From Coriobacteriia bacterium (lineage in GTDB: Bacteria > Actinomycetota > Coriobacteriia > Coriobacteriales > UBA8131), in the NCBI GenBank assembly GCA_009776725.1, contig WRNE01000006.1:1109-65108 (forward strand): a DNA stretch of 64,000 bases. Reading direction: 5' to 3'. Made by a program: the position numbers and the translations under genes. The number at the start of each line of letters is the position of its first letter. Within the stretch, counting starts at the first letter, position 1. Positions 1 through 9,362 of the stretch are shown here, piece by piece. The notes beneath the pieces are model-generated. The model was given only the letters and a program-made list of their open reading frames with translations, made no database searches and had not been told where the DNA came from.

Positions 1-1
1 T

Positions 2-3000
2 GTGATCACCGGCCCGACGACCCTCTATGCGGTGTGGCGTCAACTTCCGCCTATCACCAACTTCGCCAAGACGGCCACGACCCAGACCTACATACCTGGT
101 CAAGCCGGCCAGACACTGACCTACAACTTCACCTTCACCATGCCTAGCAGTGTCGACGACTACCAGTCTTTGCGTGTGGTAGATAGGTATCCAGCTAGCA
201 GTATGAGTTTCGCTAGCGCTACCATTCAGATTGGCTATGCTGGAAGTACAGCAATAAATCCTGACTCCTCAACAACTGCAGGGCTGGTTAGCTTTAGCTT
301 TACTGGGTCTAACCTTTCGGCAATGGCTGGTCAGAGCGTTACTATCACTATGGTCTTTAATGTTTTGACAGCAGCGAACGGTCCTTTGGCTAACGATGGC
401 TATTACTACACCACTCCAAAGGGCGGCCAAGAGCCTGACGACCCGACAGGTGGGGACGAAGAGGTTGTTATTCCACGCGAGTTCAGCGTCACCTACAACG
501 CCAACAACGCGACCGGCGGAACAGTGCCTGTCGACCCCAACAGCCCATACGTGGCCAATGCCACTGTGAACGTGCTGGCCAACCCAGGCAGCCTGTCTCG
601 CTTCGAGTATGTGTTTATTGGTTGGGCAAGGACTTCGAGCGCTACCGTGCCAGAGTTCGCTGTCGATGGAACAACGGTTACGCCGTCAACGTTTACAATC
701 AATAGCAATGTTGTTTTGTATGCTGTTTGGCGCCCGATCCCGCAGCCAGTCAATTTCACAAAGACAGCTACTACTCAAACTTACGTACCTGGTATCTCTG
801 GCCAGACCCTGACCTATACCTTCACCTTTACGATGCCAACGGATGTAAGCGATTACGGTAGATTGCGTGTCGAGGATGTCTATCAGGCAGATTCAATGAT
901 CTTTACTGGTGCTACTTTCCAGGTTGGTAACGGTCAAGCTTCAGCTATTGCTCCTGACTCGGCAACGACTTACGGAATCGTCAGTTTCAGCTTCAGCGAT
1001 GCTGTCCTTGCATCTATGGCTGGACAAAACATAACCATTACTATGACCTTTGCTGTTTACAATTCAGCAAGCGGTATCCTTACTGACAACGGTTATTACT
1101 ACATCACCCCGAAGGGTGGCACTGAGCCTCCGAATCCATCTGGTGGCGACGATGCGCAAGTATTACCACGAGACTTTGGCGTAACATATAATGCCGAAGA
1201 TGCTACAGGAGGTACTGTCCCTTTTGATCCTAATAGCCCCTACATTGCCAATGCCACTGTGACTGTTCTCGCCAACACGGGTAACCTTACCCGTGTTGGC
1301 TACACCTTCGCGGGCTGGTCGACAACGCAGGGTGCTACGACCACCACGTTTGCTGTTAATGGCGCAACTGTCACACCTCCGACTTTTGTGATAACAGCAG
1401 ACACAGATCTATACGCGGTGTGGAGACCAGTTGGTGATCCTGAGAACTTTACCAAGACAGCCACAACGCAAACTTATATACCAGGCGAGTCTGGTCAGAT
1501 AGTGACCTATCACTTTGATTTCGATATGCCTTCAGATGTCAGTGACTACCAATCGATGCGTATTGTCGATCTCTTTCCAGACGGAGTGCTAAGCCTAATT
1601 GAAGCTAGCATCCAAATCGGGAACGGCACAGCCACAGAGCTGATTCCTTCAAGTATCGAATCAGACTCAGTCGAGTTCATATTTAGCGAGACTGATGTGA
1701 TTCCTATGGAGGGGCAGCATGTAACTATCACAATGACCTTCGTTATATCGGCAAGTGCAACTGGATTTATCACTAACGTGGGTAACTATTACGTTACTCC
1801 TAAGGGTGGAATCGAGCCTGATGAGCCTGGTGGAGACGAAGAAGTGATCAGGCCTCGCATGTATAGGGTCTATTACGTAGTCGATTATGATGGACCGCAG
1901 CCTGTTGATCCGAATGCTCCATATGAGTATGGTGATACGGTAATAGTGCTTGGTGATTTTGGAAACTTTAGCAGAGGCAGGTATATGTTCATTGGTTGGG
2001 CGTATTCAGCAACATCAGCAGTTCCTGATTTTGCTGTCGATGGCCCAGTAGTCACACCCCCAACCTTTGTTATTACACAAGATACGTATTTGTACCCAGT
2101 GTATAGAGAAGTAGGCCTTCCTCAGAACTTCGCTAAGACTGCTACTTCACAGACCTATATACCTGGCTTACCCAACCAGATACTTACCTATGAGTTTAGG
2201 TTTACGATGCCCAGTGACGTAAGCGATTACGAGAAACTGCGTATTGAAGACTTATACCCACAAGCCTCGATGTCCTATCTAGGTGCCACAATACGAATCG
2301 GTAATGGCAGTGAGGTAAGTATCACACCCGACAGTGGTGGATCCAACGGAGTAGTAAGCTTTAGTTTCACTAGTACCACCTTGTCTGCATTAGCAGGCCA
2401 AAGTGTTACTATCACCATGAGCTTCGAAGTATCGACATCGGCTTCAGGCGTCCTCACAAACAGTGGTAAGTACTATATAACCCCTAGAAACGGAACGGAA
2501 TTTGATCCTCCAGGTGACGACGAGGATGTATATCCGCGAGACAACACTGTCATCTACAATGCAAATGGTGCTACTGGCGGCACAGTGCCGATTGATCCAA
2601 ACAGCCCATATGTAGACGGTGAAACTGTGACTGTCAGTGCCAATACAGGAAATTTGGTACGTACTTATCATGCGTTCCTAGGTTGGGCTAGAACATCCAC
2701 AGCAACTGTGCCTGAATTTGCTGTCAATGGTTCAGCTGTCACCCCTTCGAGCTTTACTATCACAGAACCGACCACTCTTTATGCGGTCTGGAAACAAGTT
2801 GGCGATACCGAGAACTTCACCAAGACTTCCACGCAATCTGGCTATATTGCTGGACAGAGCGACAATACGATTACATACAAGCTTTCGTATGAGCTACCAG
2901 ATGCAGAGGGCTTGGCGGTTTGGGAAAGGTTACGGATAGCCGATGAATACCCAGCCAACCAGTTAAGCTTTGTAAGTGCGACATTCAGTGTTGGAAACGG

Positions 3001-4681
3001 TTCGGCAACACCGATTAGCCCAGATGCTTACTCTGGCTCCGGAATTGTTAGTTTCTCCTTCCCGGTTGCTAGTCTGACAGCCTATCAAGGTCAGACAATT
3101 AGCATTACGCTTGTTTTCAGTGTCGTTCCGGGTACCACAGGTACAATTAGCAATACTGGAAGCTATCACATTAAGCCAATAGGCGGAGACGAGCCCCCAG
3201 ATCCACCGGATGACGATGAAACCGTCTACCAGCTTGTTCCAGTCGATGACTTTTTAAAGACAGGCACATCATTTACAGGTAGAGGCTCAGTAGTGAACTT
3301 TGTAGTTTCATTCAAGCTCCCGGATGACTTAAGGGCTTATTCAGGTCTGCTTGTTACTGACAGGCTTCCCGATACTTTGACTTTCGGAAGTGCGAGTGTA
3401 AGGATAAATAACTCAGCTGTTACAAATGTATCGCCTACACAATCCAATGGCTTGATTAGTGCTTACTTCAGTAAGTCTGCATTGTCAGGGCTTGAAGAAG
3501 CTACAGTAGAGTTGTTGATTACCGCAACAGTCAATGACAATTGGGTTAGTGGCGGGATAATCAACAGGGCTGAGATTTATTACCAGACTGATAAAGACCG
3601 GACTCCTGATCCAAACACCGATGCTCCTGGTGAGAACGTTCAAATAACCATACCTCACAACCCGACGATGTACACCTTGACCTACAACGCCAATGGTGGC
3701 ACAAATGCCCCTGTTGACCCGAACAGCCCATATACTGCAGGCAGTGAAGTGGTTGTTTTAGGTATGGGTGGAATGTATAGGAACAATTACAATTTCTCAG
3801 GTTGGGCTACATCGAGCGGCGGGGGTGTTAGTTACGGCCCTGGTGCAAGGTTTACTATTAATAGTAATACGACACTGTATGCAGTCTGGTCACCAGTAAC
3901 ACCACAAGTGACTACCTATACTGTAATCTATGCTCCAGGCGAGCACGGTACTTTTGCCCTACAGTCCTCAAATGGCTTGACTTATGGAACCGCGACACCA
4001 GCTGCACCAAATGTAACTGGTGAAACCGGTTGGAGCTTTACTGGATGGTCACCTGCTGTTTCAGCAATTGTCACAGGAAATGTTACCTATACAGCACAGT
4101 GGGCTGCTTCAGCAACCCCGTCAGATGATAACTTTACTGTTACGTTCATTGATTGGGACAATACGGTGCTTAAGGTCGAGGTCGTTGCCCGTGGTGGCAA
4201 TGCCACTGCGCCGACAAACCCAGTTCGTGTGGGTTATGTGTTCTCTAGATGGGATACCTCATTTACCAACGTTCAATCTGATTTGACTGTGCGGGCAGTA
4301 TATGTTGCAGAAATCGTAGAGACTGAAACCCCTCTTGCTGGTACGTGGGCACTAATCAACTTGATCTTGACAATCGTTGGTGCTGTTATGGCTATTGGTA
4401 TGTTAATCACATTCTTTATAAACCGTAGAGAGACTGAGTATGGTTACGAAGACGACCCAGACACAATACGGCGGAAGAGGTTGATATTTAGGATAGTCAA
4501 TTTAGGCTTAGCCATTATCGCTGTGATATTGTTCTTAGTGACAGAGGATATCACCCAGCGCATGGTTCTCTTCGATTGGTGGACTATCGTGCACGCTATT
4601 ATCTTCATTATTCAAATAGCAGTCGCGGTGTTTGCCACCAATAAAAAGCTTGAAGAAGACGAGGAGACTAGTGCTGCGTGA
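2..4681 (+). CDS. Giant surface adhesin-like protein (5'-truncated) with alternating isopeptide/fimbrial-type Ig-like domains and Listeria-Bacteroides (InlB B) repeats, plus a 3-TM C-terminus
   Basis: ORF open from the window edge. Units of about 231 aa begin NF(A/T)KT at about nt 59, 752, 1445, 2126 and 2813. YNAN...Y.F.GW...LYAVW motifs are typical of InlB-B/Flg_new repeats. Three hydrophobic helices at the C-terminus; no LPXTG. Confidence 0.85.
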   Translation: MITGPTTLYAVWRQLPPITNFAKTATTQTYIPGQAGQTLTYNFTFTMPSSVDDYQSLRVVDRYPASSMSFASATIQIGYAGSTAINPDSSTTAGLVSFSFTGSNLSAMAGQSVTITMVFNVLTAANGPLANDGYYYTTPKGGQEPDDPTGGDEEVVIPREFSVTYNANNATGGTVPVDPNSPYVANATVNVLANPGSLSRFEYVFIGWARTSSATVPEFAVDGTTVTPSTFTINSNVVLYAVWRPIPQPVNFTKTATTQTYVPGISGQTLTYTFTFTMPTDVSDYGRLRVEDVYQADSMIFTGATFQVGNGQASAIAPDSATTYGIVSFSFSDAVLASMAGQNITITMTFAVYNSASGILTDNGYYYITPKGGTEPPNPSGGDDAQVLPRDFGVTYNAEDATGGTVPFDPNSPYIANATVTVLANTGNLTRVGYTFAGWSTTQGATTTTFAVNGATVTPPTFVITADTDLYAVWRPVGDPENFTKTATTQTYIPGESGQIVTYHFDFDMPSDVSDYQSMRIVDLFPDGVLSLIEASIQIGNGTATELIPSSIESDSVEFIFSETDVIPMEGQHVTITMTFVISASATGFITNVGNYYVTPKGGIEPDEPGGDEEVIRPRMYRVYYVVDYDGPQPVDPNAPYEYGDTVIVLGDFGNFSRGRYMFIGWAYSATSAVPDFAVDGPVVTPPTFVITQDTYLYPVYREVGLPQNFAKTATSQTYIPGLPNQILTYEFRFTMPSDVSDYEKLRIEDLYPQASMSYLGATIRIGNGSEVSITPDSGGSNGVVSFSFTSTTLSALAGQSVTITMSFEVSTSASGVLTNSGKYYITPRNGTEFDPPGDDEDVYPRDNTVIYNANGATGGTVPIDPNSPYVDGETVTVSANTGNLVRTYHAFLGWARTSTATVPEFAVNGSAVTPSSFTITEPTTLYAVWKQVGDTENFTKTSTQSGYIAGQSDNTITYKLSYELPDAEGLAVWERLRIADEYPANQLSFVSATFSVGNGSATPISPDAYSGSGIVSFSFPVASLTAYQGQTISITLVFSVVPGTTGTISNTGSYHIKPIGGDEPPDPPDDDETVYQLVPVDDFLKTGTSFTGRGSVVNFVVSFKLPDDLRAYSGLLVTDRLPDTLTFGSASVRINNSAVTNVSPTQSNGLISAYFSKSALSGLEEATVELLITATVNDNWVSGGIINRAEIYYQTDKDRTPDPNTDAPGENVQITIPHNPTMYTLTYNANGGTNAPVDPNSPYTAGSEVVVLGMGGMYRNNYNFSGWATSSGGGVSYGPGARFTINSNTTLYAVWSPVTPQVTTYTVIYAPGEHGTFALQSSNGLTYGTATPAAPNVTGETGWSFTGWSPAVSAIVTGNVTYTAQWAASATPSDDNFTVTFIDWDNTVLKVEVVARGGNATAPTNPVRVGYVFSRWDTSFTNVQSDLTVRAVYVAEIVETETPLAGTWALINLILTIVGAVMAIGMLITFFINRRETEYGYEDDPDTIRRKRLIFRIVNLGLAIIAVILFLVTEDITQRMVLFDWWTIVHAIIFIIQIAVAVFATNKKLEEDEETSAA

Positions 4682-4756
4682 CAGTATGGATGTTACCTGG
4701 TTCAATGAAATGATCGAGCTTTATTAAATGACCGAAGTTTATACTTAATACCCAAG

Positions 4757-4787
4757 AACAAACCCCCTCTGGCGAGGGGGTTTGTTT
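4757..4787 (+). terminator. Intrinsic terminator after the adhesin gene
   Basis: 13-bp stem AACAAACCCCCTC-tggc-GAGGGGGTTTGTT with a T-rich 3' arm. Confidence 0.8.
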
Positions 4788-4818
4788 AGGGATATGCTGT
4801 TATCAGTTTAGGAGGGAT

Positions 4819-5235
4819 ATGCTCGAAAACGATTATATAATGAGAATGGTGTTATTGTATGTGAGCTTCCTTCGAAAAGCCCTACAACAAGGACTAAAGC
4901 AATCCCATGAAACAGCTCGAGACCTTGAGCAGCAACTAGCCGATACTTTAAACTTTGACCCAAGCCTATTATTCTCGCTGGCGCCAGACTCTATGGTAGC
5001 TATGTTCCAGCTTGGAGGATTCGATCTTAGTCTGGCGGCTTATATTGTCCGAGCAATGGCACTAGATGCTGAATGCCTTGATGATGCAGGTTTCATACAG
5101 CAAGCAGACCTCAGGAGGTCACAGCTCCAAGCATTGATCAAAGCCTTTGAGCTTGACCTTGAGGCAGATGATTTAACAAGAGAGGCAATTGCTGCTTTTA
5201 TTGAATACCAAGCAGACGAGCCTGACCAGTGTTAA
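4819..5235 (+). CDS. Hypothetical helical protein (DUF6483-like N-terminus)
   Basis: 138-aa ORF with GGAGG RBS; the DYIMRM start motif is recalled from DUF6483-type proteins. Confidence 0.6.
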   Translation: MLENDYIMRMVLLYVSFLRKALQQGLKQSHETARDLEQQLADTLNFDPSLLFSLAPDSMVAMFQLGGFDLSLAAYIVRAMALDAECLDDAGFIQQADLRRSQLQALIKAFELDLEADDLTREAIAAFIEYQADEPDQC

Positions 5236-5244
5236 CTGTATTAG

Positions 5245-5577
5245 TCAGACATATATTCCAAAAATACCATGCAAGTTACAGAAGGCCTGTACTACAAGTG
5301 TGCCAGCTTCCTTTACTAAAAAGTCAAACTCTGGGGTTTGGTCTGCAGTAAAAAACACTTTCTCAATGATTACGCCATCGTTTTCGACTGCTAGCCACTC
5401 TACTAGATGCTCTTCTGTTTGAGGGTGGGTAAAACCATTCAATCCAACCGATATACTAAGTAGCTTTCCATCAGCTGTTTCGCTTACCACTACATTTGCG
5501 GTATGTTTTAGCTGGTATTCTGTGGCTGTCGCCATATCATCAATAAACTGTACTTCGAGGTCCTTTGTATCTGTCAC
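5245..5577 (-). CDS. Superoxide reductase, single-iron (neelaredoxin-type)
   Basis: KH...HPQTEEH..EW...FCNLHG iron-ligand motifs; no N-terminal desulforedoxin domain. Confidence 0.85.
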   Translation of the reverse strand: MTDTKDLEVQFIDDMATATEYQLKHTANVVVSETADGKLLSISVGLNGFTHPQTEEHLVEWLAVENDGVIIEKVFFTADQTPEFDFLVKEAGTLVVQAFCNLHGIFGIYV

Positions 5578-5935
5578 TGTTTGCCCCTTTCCATAAACCC
5601 TTACATATCTATCGGTATTCTAACAGATTGTAGCTTGCAGGTTTCCGTGCAAACAGATGAGAAAGACAATAAGCTTGCATTGCTTTAAAATGTATCAATA
5701 GGAGTGCCATATAAATATGAAAACCCTAACGCGGCACTGATTTTTATCAAAACATAGAAGCCTTTCATAAGATATGCCTCAAGCAGCTGTTTTATGAATA
5801 CCTTCTATTAGCATAGGTTTAGCTATAGCTAAAGAGTCGAAGAATTGTTAAACTTATAAGACACGCAGCATCAGTTAAACACGGTGCTGTTATGTCCACA
5901 TCAAATACAGCAGAGTGTCTTTGAAAGGATCCAGT

Positions 5936-6400
5936 ATGGATGAAACCGGAGTGAGCTTGCTCCTCGACGAGCTTTCTGATCTAATTGAGGATGGAAAACC
6001 GGCGATCGGAAACAAGGACAAACGACAAATAGACGCAGGTGTGGCACACGAGATTATCGATGAGATAAGACAACGTTTTCCTGAGGAGCTGGCTGAGGCA
6101 AGAAAGGTGCTTCGTGAAAGGGACGATCTCCTGGCAGATGCTGAGATGGAAGGCAACCGGGTGATCGAAGATGCACGTAACCAGGCCTTGGTCATTGCTT
6201 CAGAACAGGAAATTGTGCGCATTGCTCAAAGTCAAGCAGAGCAAATATTACGTGAAGCGCGTGAGGCGGAACGACAGGTTCGTTCGGGAGCTGAAGATTA
6301 TGCTGATAATGTGTTGAGTCATATCCAAAACACTCTAGAGACATTAACAGATAATGTTCATCGCTCGCGTGAGCGGCTGAATAACCGTGGTATCCGCTGA
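5936..6400 (+). CDS. Coiled-coil DivIVA/ATPase-subunit-H-like protein usually found upstream of DUF177
   Basis: RFPEELAEARKVL...A.QEIVR...GAEDYAD pattern; overlaps the DUF177 gene. ATG at 5936 chosen after AAAGGA. Confidence 0.75.
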   Translation: MDETGVSLLLDELSDLIEDGKPAIGNKDKRQIDAGVAHEIIDEIRQRFPEELAEARKVLRERDDLLADAEMEGNRVIEDARNQALVIASEQEIVRIAQSQAEQILREAREAERQVRSGAEDYADNVLSHIQNTLETLTDNVHRSRERLNNRGIR

Positions 6401-6989
6401 TAAAACAGACAGCAACGAGTTAAAAGCGCTGCCACAACTGATATTTCGTTTGCTACCTGAATTGGCAGACTTAGGTGACATGGTCACACTTTCGGGATCT
6501 CTGGAAGTCGGCCAGTTTGCGAAGGGAGCAATGAGTATTCGCCTGCCCGAAGGCGTTAATTACGATATTGAGTTATCCAATACTGGAGGCGCTGTTCTGA
6601 TGAGCGGTCTTGCTGAAGCGTTGGTGGTTACTGACTGCACGCGTTGTGCGGAGGAGACCAGCTTGTTTTTAAAAGCCGAGGCTGAGGCTTATTATCTACT
6701 CGATTCCCGGGACTTTGACATAACTGGGCAAGACGACGGTGTAATCATTGTTGGCAGTGACTCTAAGGTTGACCTCGCCGAACCGATTATTGCTGCCTTG
6801 ATCTATGAGCTTCCTTTTGTCGTCTTATGCAGCGAGGACTGTAAAGGCTTGTGTGACAAGTGTTATGCGAACTTGAATAACGAGGAGTGCACTTGTGTGG
6901 ACGAGCCTGACCCCGACCACCCATTTGCAGCCTTAAGGTCATTGCTTATGGGAACGGATCAAAGCAGTTATGAAAACGAAAAGACTTAG
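6387..6989 (+). CDS. yceD: DUF177/YceD family metal-binding protein
   Basis: CTRC and LCSEDCKGLCDKC...C.C...HPFAAL motifs. Confidence 0.85.
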   Translation: MVSADKTDSNELKALPQLIFRLLPELADLGDMVTLSGSLEVGQFAKGAMSIRLPEGVNYDIELSNTGGAVLMSGLAEALVVTDCTRCAEETSLFLKAEAEAYYLLDSRDFDITGQDDGVIIVGSDSKVDLAEPIIAALIYELPFVVLCSEDCKGLCDKCYANLNNEECTCVDEPDPDHPFAALRSLLMGTDQSSYENEKT

Positions 6990-7143
6990 TACTTGTCATA
7001 AGGACTATCTTTAACCACTTGCACTAACTTATGCTTCAAGTCGAAGTATCGCTTGGCATCAAGACGGGGTTTCGTACTTGTTTTTATCACAATTCAACAA
7101 TAAGCCCTACTCCTTAAGCATTATGAGCTGCCCATAGCTCAGT

Positions 7144-7265
7144 TGTGCTAACATGGTCGGGTTCATCTATTACACATGCTTGATGACTTCAGAGGCGCGT
7201 GGCCTGCACAGGTTGCTTCTTGGGGGATGATTCAAGCAGAGGGTGGTTTGTTAAAAAAACCACAG
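7144..7265 (+). promoter_or_regulatory. rpsB extended -10 promoter and structured S2-type leader
   Basis: TGTGCTAACAT at 7144-7154. Nested pairings TGCTTGA(7177-7183)/TCAAGCA(7232-7238) and AGAGGC/GCTTCT, plus a GTGGTTT/AAACCAC hairpin before the RBS. rpsB leaders are established autoregulatory elements. Confidence 0.6.
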
Positions 7266-7287
7266 ACAACGAAAAGGAGAATTTGAC

Positions 7288-8304
7288 ATGATAGAGCCTG
7301 TAACAATCAGGTCGCTACTAGATGCGGCTGTTCACTTCGGCCACCAGACTCGCCGCTGGAACCCAAAGATGAAGCCATATATATTCGGCGAGCGCAACGG
7401 AATCTATATCATCGATTTAAAACAAACAATGGTAAGCCTGGATCAAGCCTATACGTTCACACAGCAAATCGCCGCTAATGGCGGGACGGTGCTTTTTGTT
7501 GGAACGAAAAAGCAAGCCCAAGAACCCATCGCCACCAATGCAGAGCGTTGTGAGATGCCATATGTCAACCACCGCTGGCTTGGCGGCATGTTGACGAATT
7601 ACGTGACCATCCATAGCAGGGTCTCCTACATGGAAGAGCTTGAAAGCATGGAGGCAGACGGCCGAATGGCGGCACTGCCCAAAAAGGAGCAGATTCGTCT
7701 TAGAAAAGAGCTAAGCAAGCTACAGGCCAACCTCAACGGTATTCGCTACATGAAGGCTATTCCCCAGCTCATTTTCATCGTAGACACCATGCGTGAGACC
7801 ATAGCTATTCGCGAAGCCCGTCAACTAGGCATACCCGTAGTTGGCATCATTGACACTAACTCTGACCCCGACGACGTCGATTATGGGATCCCCGGAAACG
7901 ACGATGCCATCCGCTCGGTTAACTTGATTACCGAGGTGATAGCCGAGGCTGTTCTAACAGGAGCAAAACGAGGCTCTGTCAGCGAAGCCGAGATACTTGA
8001 AGCCAGTGGGCCCTTAAATCCCCCAATTGAGCCACCTGTCTCCTTCGAGCCTCCAGCCGAGCCTTCGCCTCCCATGGCTAGTGATCTAATTGAAGTGATA
8101 TCAGTGCCAGAAGCAGCAGATGTACCGGCAGCTGACGCCGAAATCGAAACTGCCGTTGTGCCTGAAGCACCTAAATCAGGCGGAGAAGAGCAAGCCGAGG
8201 TTGAGGCGCCAACAGAAACGCAAGGTGTTATTTCTGGTGAAGCCGCTAGTTCAGATGAGAATACTAGTAATATAGAAACAAACAGTGATGAAGAAGCAAT
8301 ATAG
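7288..8304 (+). CDS. rpsB: 30S ribosomal protein S2 with long acidic C-terminal tail
   Basis: HFGHQTRRWNPKM, RWLGGMLTN, IPGNDDAIRS motifs. Confidence 0.98.
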   Translation: MIEPVTIRSLLDAAVHFGHQTRRWNPKMKPYIFGERNGIYIIDLKQTMVSLDQAYTFTQQIAANGGTVLFVGTKKQAQEPIATNAERCEMPYVNHRWLGGMLTNYVTIHSRVSYMEELESMEADGRMAALPKKEQIRLRKELSKLQANLNGIRYMKAIPQLIFIVDTMRETIAIREARQLGIPVVGIIDTNSDPDDVDYGIPGNDDAIRSVNLITEVIAEAVLTGAKRGSVSEAEILEASGPLNPPIEPPVSFEPPAEPSPPMASDLIEVISVPEAADVPAADAEIETAVVPEAPKSGGEEQAEVEAPTETQGVISGEAASSDENTSNIETNSDEEAI

Positions 8305-8428
8305 ATAAAAAATCGATTTAGGAACGTAATATATAGCAGTGCAAGTTGTAACTGCAGAATTGGTACACTTAGTATTTGTTGATTACGCTTTTGACATAAA
8401 AGCCTCTGTTAGGAAGGAAACTAAAAAA

Positions 8429-9301
8429 ATGGCAGCTATTACCGCTCAATTGGTGAAAGAACTACGTGAGATGACTGGTGCAGGGATGATGGAATGCAAG
8501 AAGGCTTTAGAGGAAGCTGACGGTAGCATCGAGGCGGCTGTTGATGTCTTACGTACCCGTGGCCTTGCTGCTGCACAGAAAAAAGCAGGACGGGCCACCA
8601 ACGAAGGACTGATAGTAACAGCAATATCAGACGATGGCTTGGTAGCTGCAATTGCCGAAGTGAACTGTGAGACTGACTTTGTGTCTCGAAACGAGGTCTT
8701 TCAAGACTTTGCCCAAAAGGTAGTCGATGCCGTATTGGCACACAAGCCCCAAGACATCGGGGAGCTTTTATCAGCAGAAACGGCTGATGGGACTGTAAGC
8801 GAGATGGTTGCCGGGGCAATACATACCATAGGAGAAAACATCCAGATATCCCGTTGCCTGCTGATATCGGTGGAGACTGGCTACATAGCCTCGTATATCC
8901 ATGCAGGAGGCCGCTTAGGCGTTTTGCTCGCCTTGTCGACTGACGACCAAGCTGCAGCTGACAATGATGAAATCAAGATATTGGCAAAAGATATCGCTAT
9001 GCAAATCGCTGCGGCAAATCCGTCTGAAATTGCTATTGAAGACTTTGACCTTCAAGTAATCGAACGTGAGCTGTCAATATATAAGATCCAAGCTGAAGAA
9101 TCAGGCAGGCCTGAGAATATCCAAGAGATGATGGTTCAAGGCCGGCTGGACAAATTCTATAATGAGTTTGCCTTGCTAGAGCAAGATTTTATTAAAGAGC
9201 CAGATAAGACTATCAAGCAAGTGATTGAAGCAGTAGCGAAAAAGACCGGTAATACAATCAAGGTCGTAGACTTTGTCCGATACCTGCTGGGAGACAACTA
9301 G
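8429..9301 (+). CDS. tsf: Elongation factor Ts
   Basis: VKELREMTGAGMMECKKAL and EVNCETDFV; start moved to ATG 8429 after AGGAAGG. Confidence 0.98.
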   Translation: MAAITAQLVKELREMTGAGMMECKKALEEADGSIEAAVDVLRTRGLAAAQKKAGRATNEGLIVTAISDDGLVAAIAEVNCETDFVSRNEVFQDFAQKVVDAVLAHKPQDIGELLSAETADGTVSEMVAGAIHTIGENIQISRCLLISVETGYIASYIHAGGRLGVLLALSTDDQAAADNDEIKILAKDIAMQIAAANPSEIAIEDFDLQVIERELSIYKIQAEESGRPENIQEMMVQGRLDKFYNEFALLEQDFIKEPDKTIKQVIEAVAKKTGNTIKVVDFVRYLLGDN

Positions 9302-9362
9302 ACGTAGTCTTTAAAAAAATACAGATTGCACGAACTATCAAAGAACCTAAGTTAGTAGACAT

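Noticed and set aside
6990-7287. Small rpmF (L32) gene hidden below the ORF-length cutoff after yceD
   Set aside because: No MAVPK-like reading frame was found. The space is taken by the rpsB promoter and leader.
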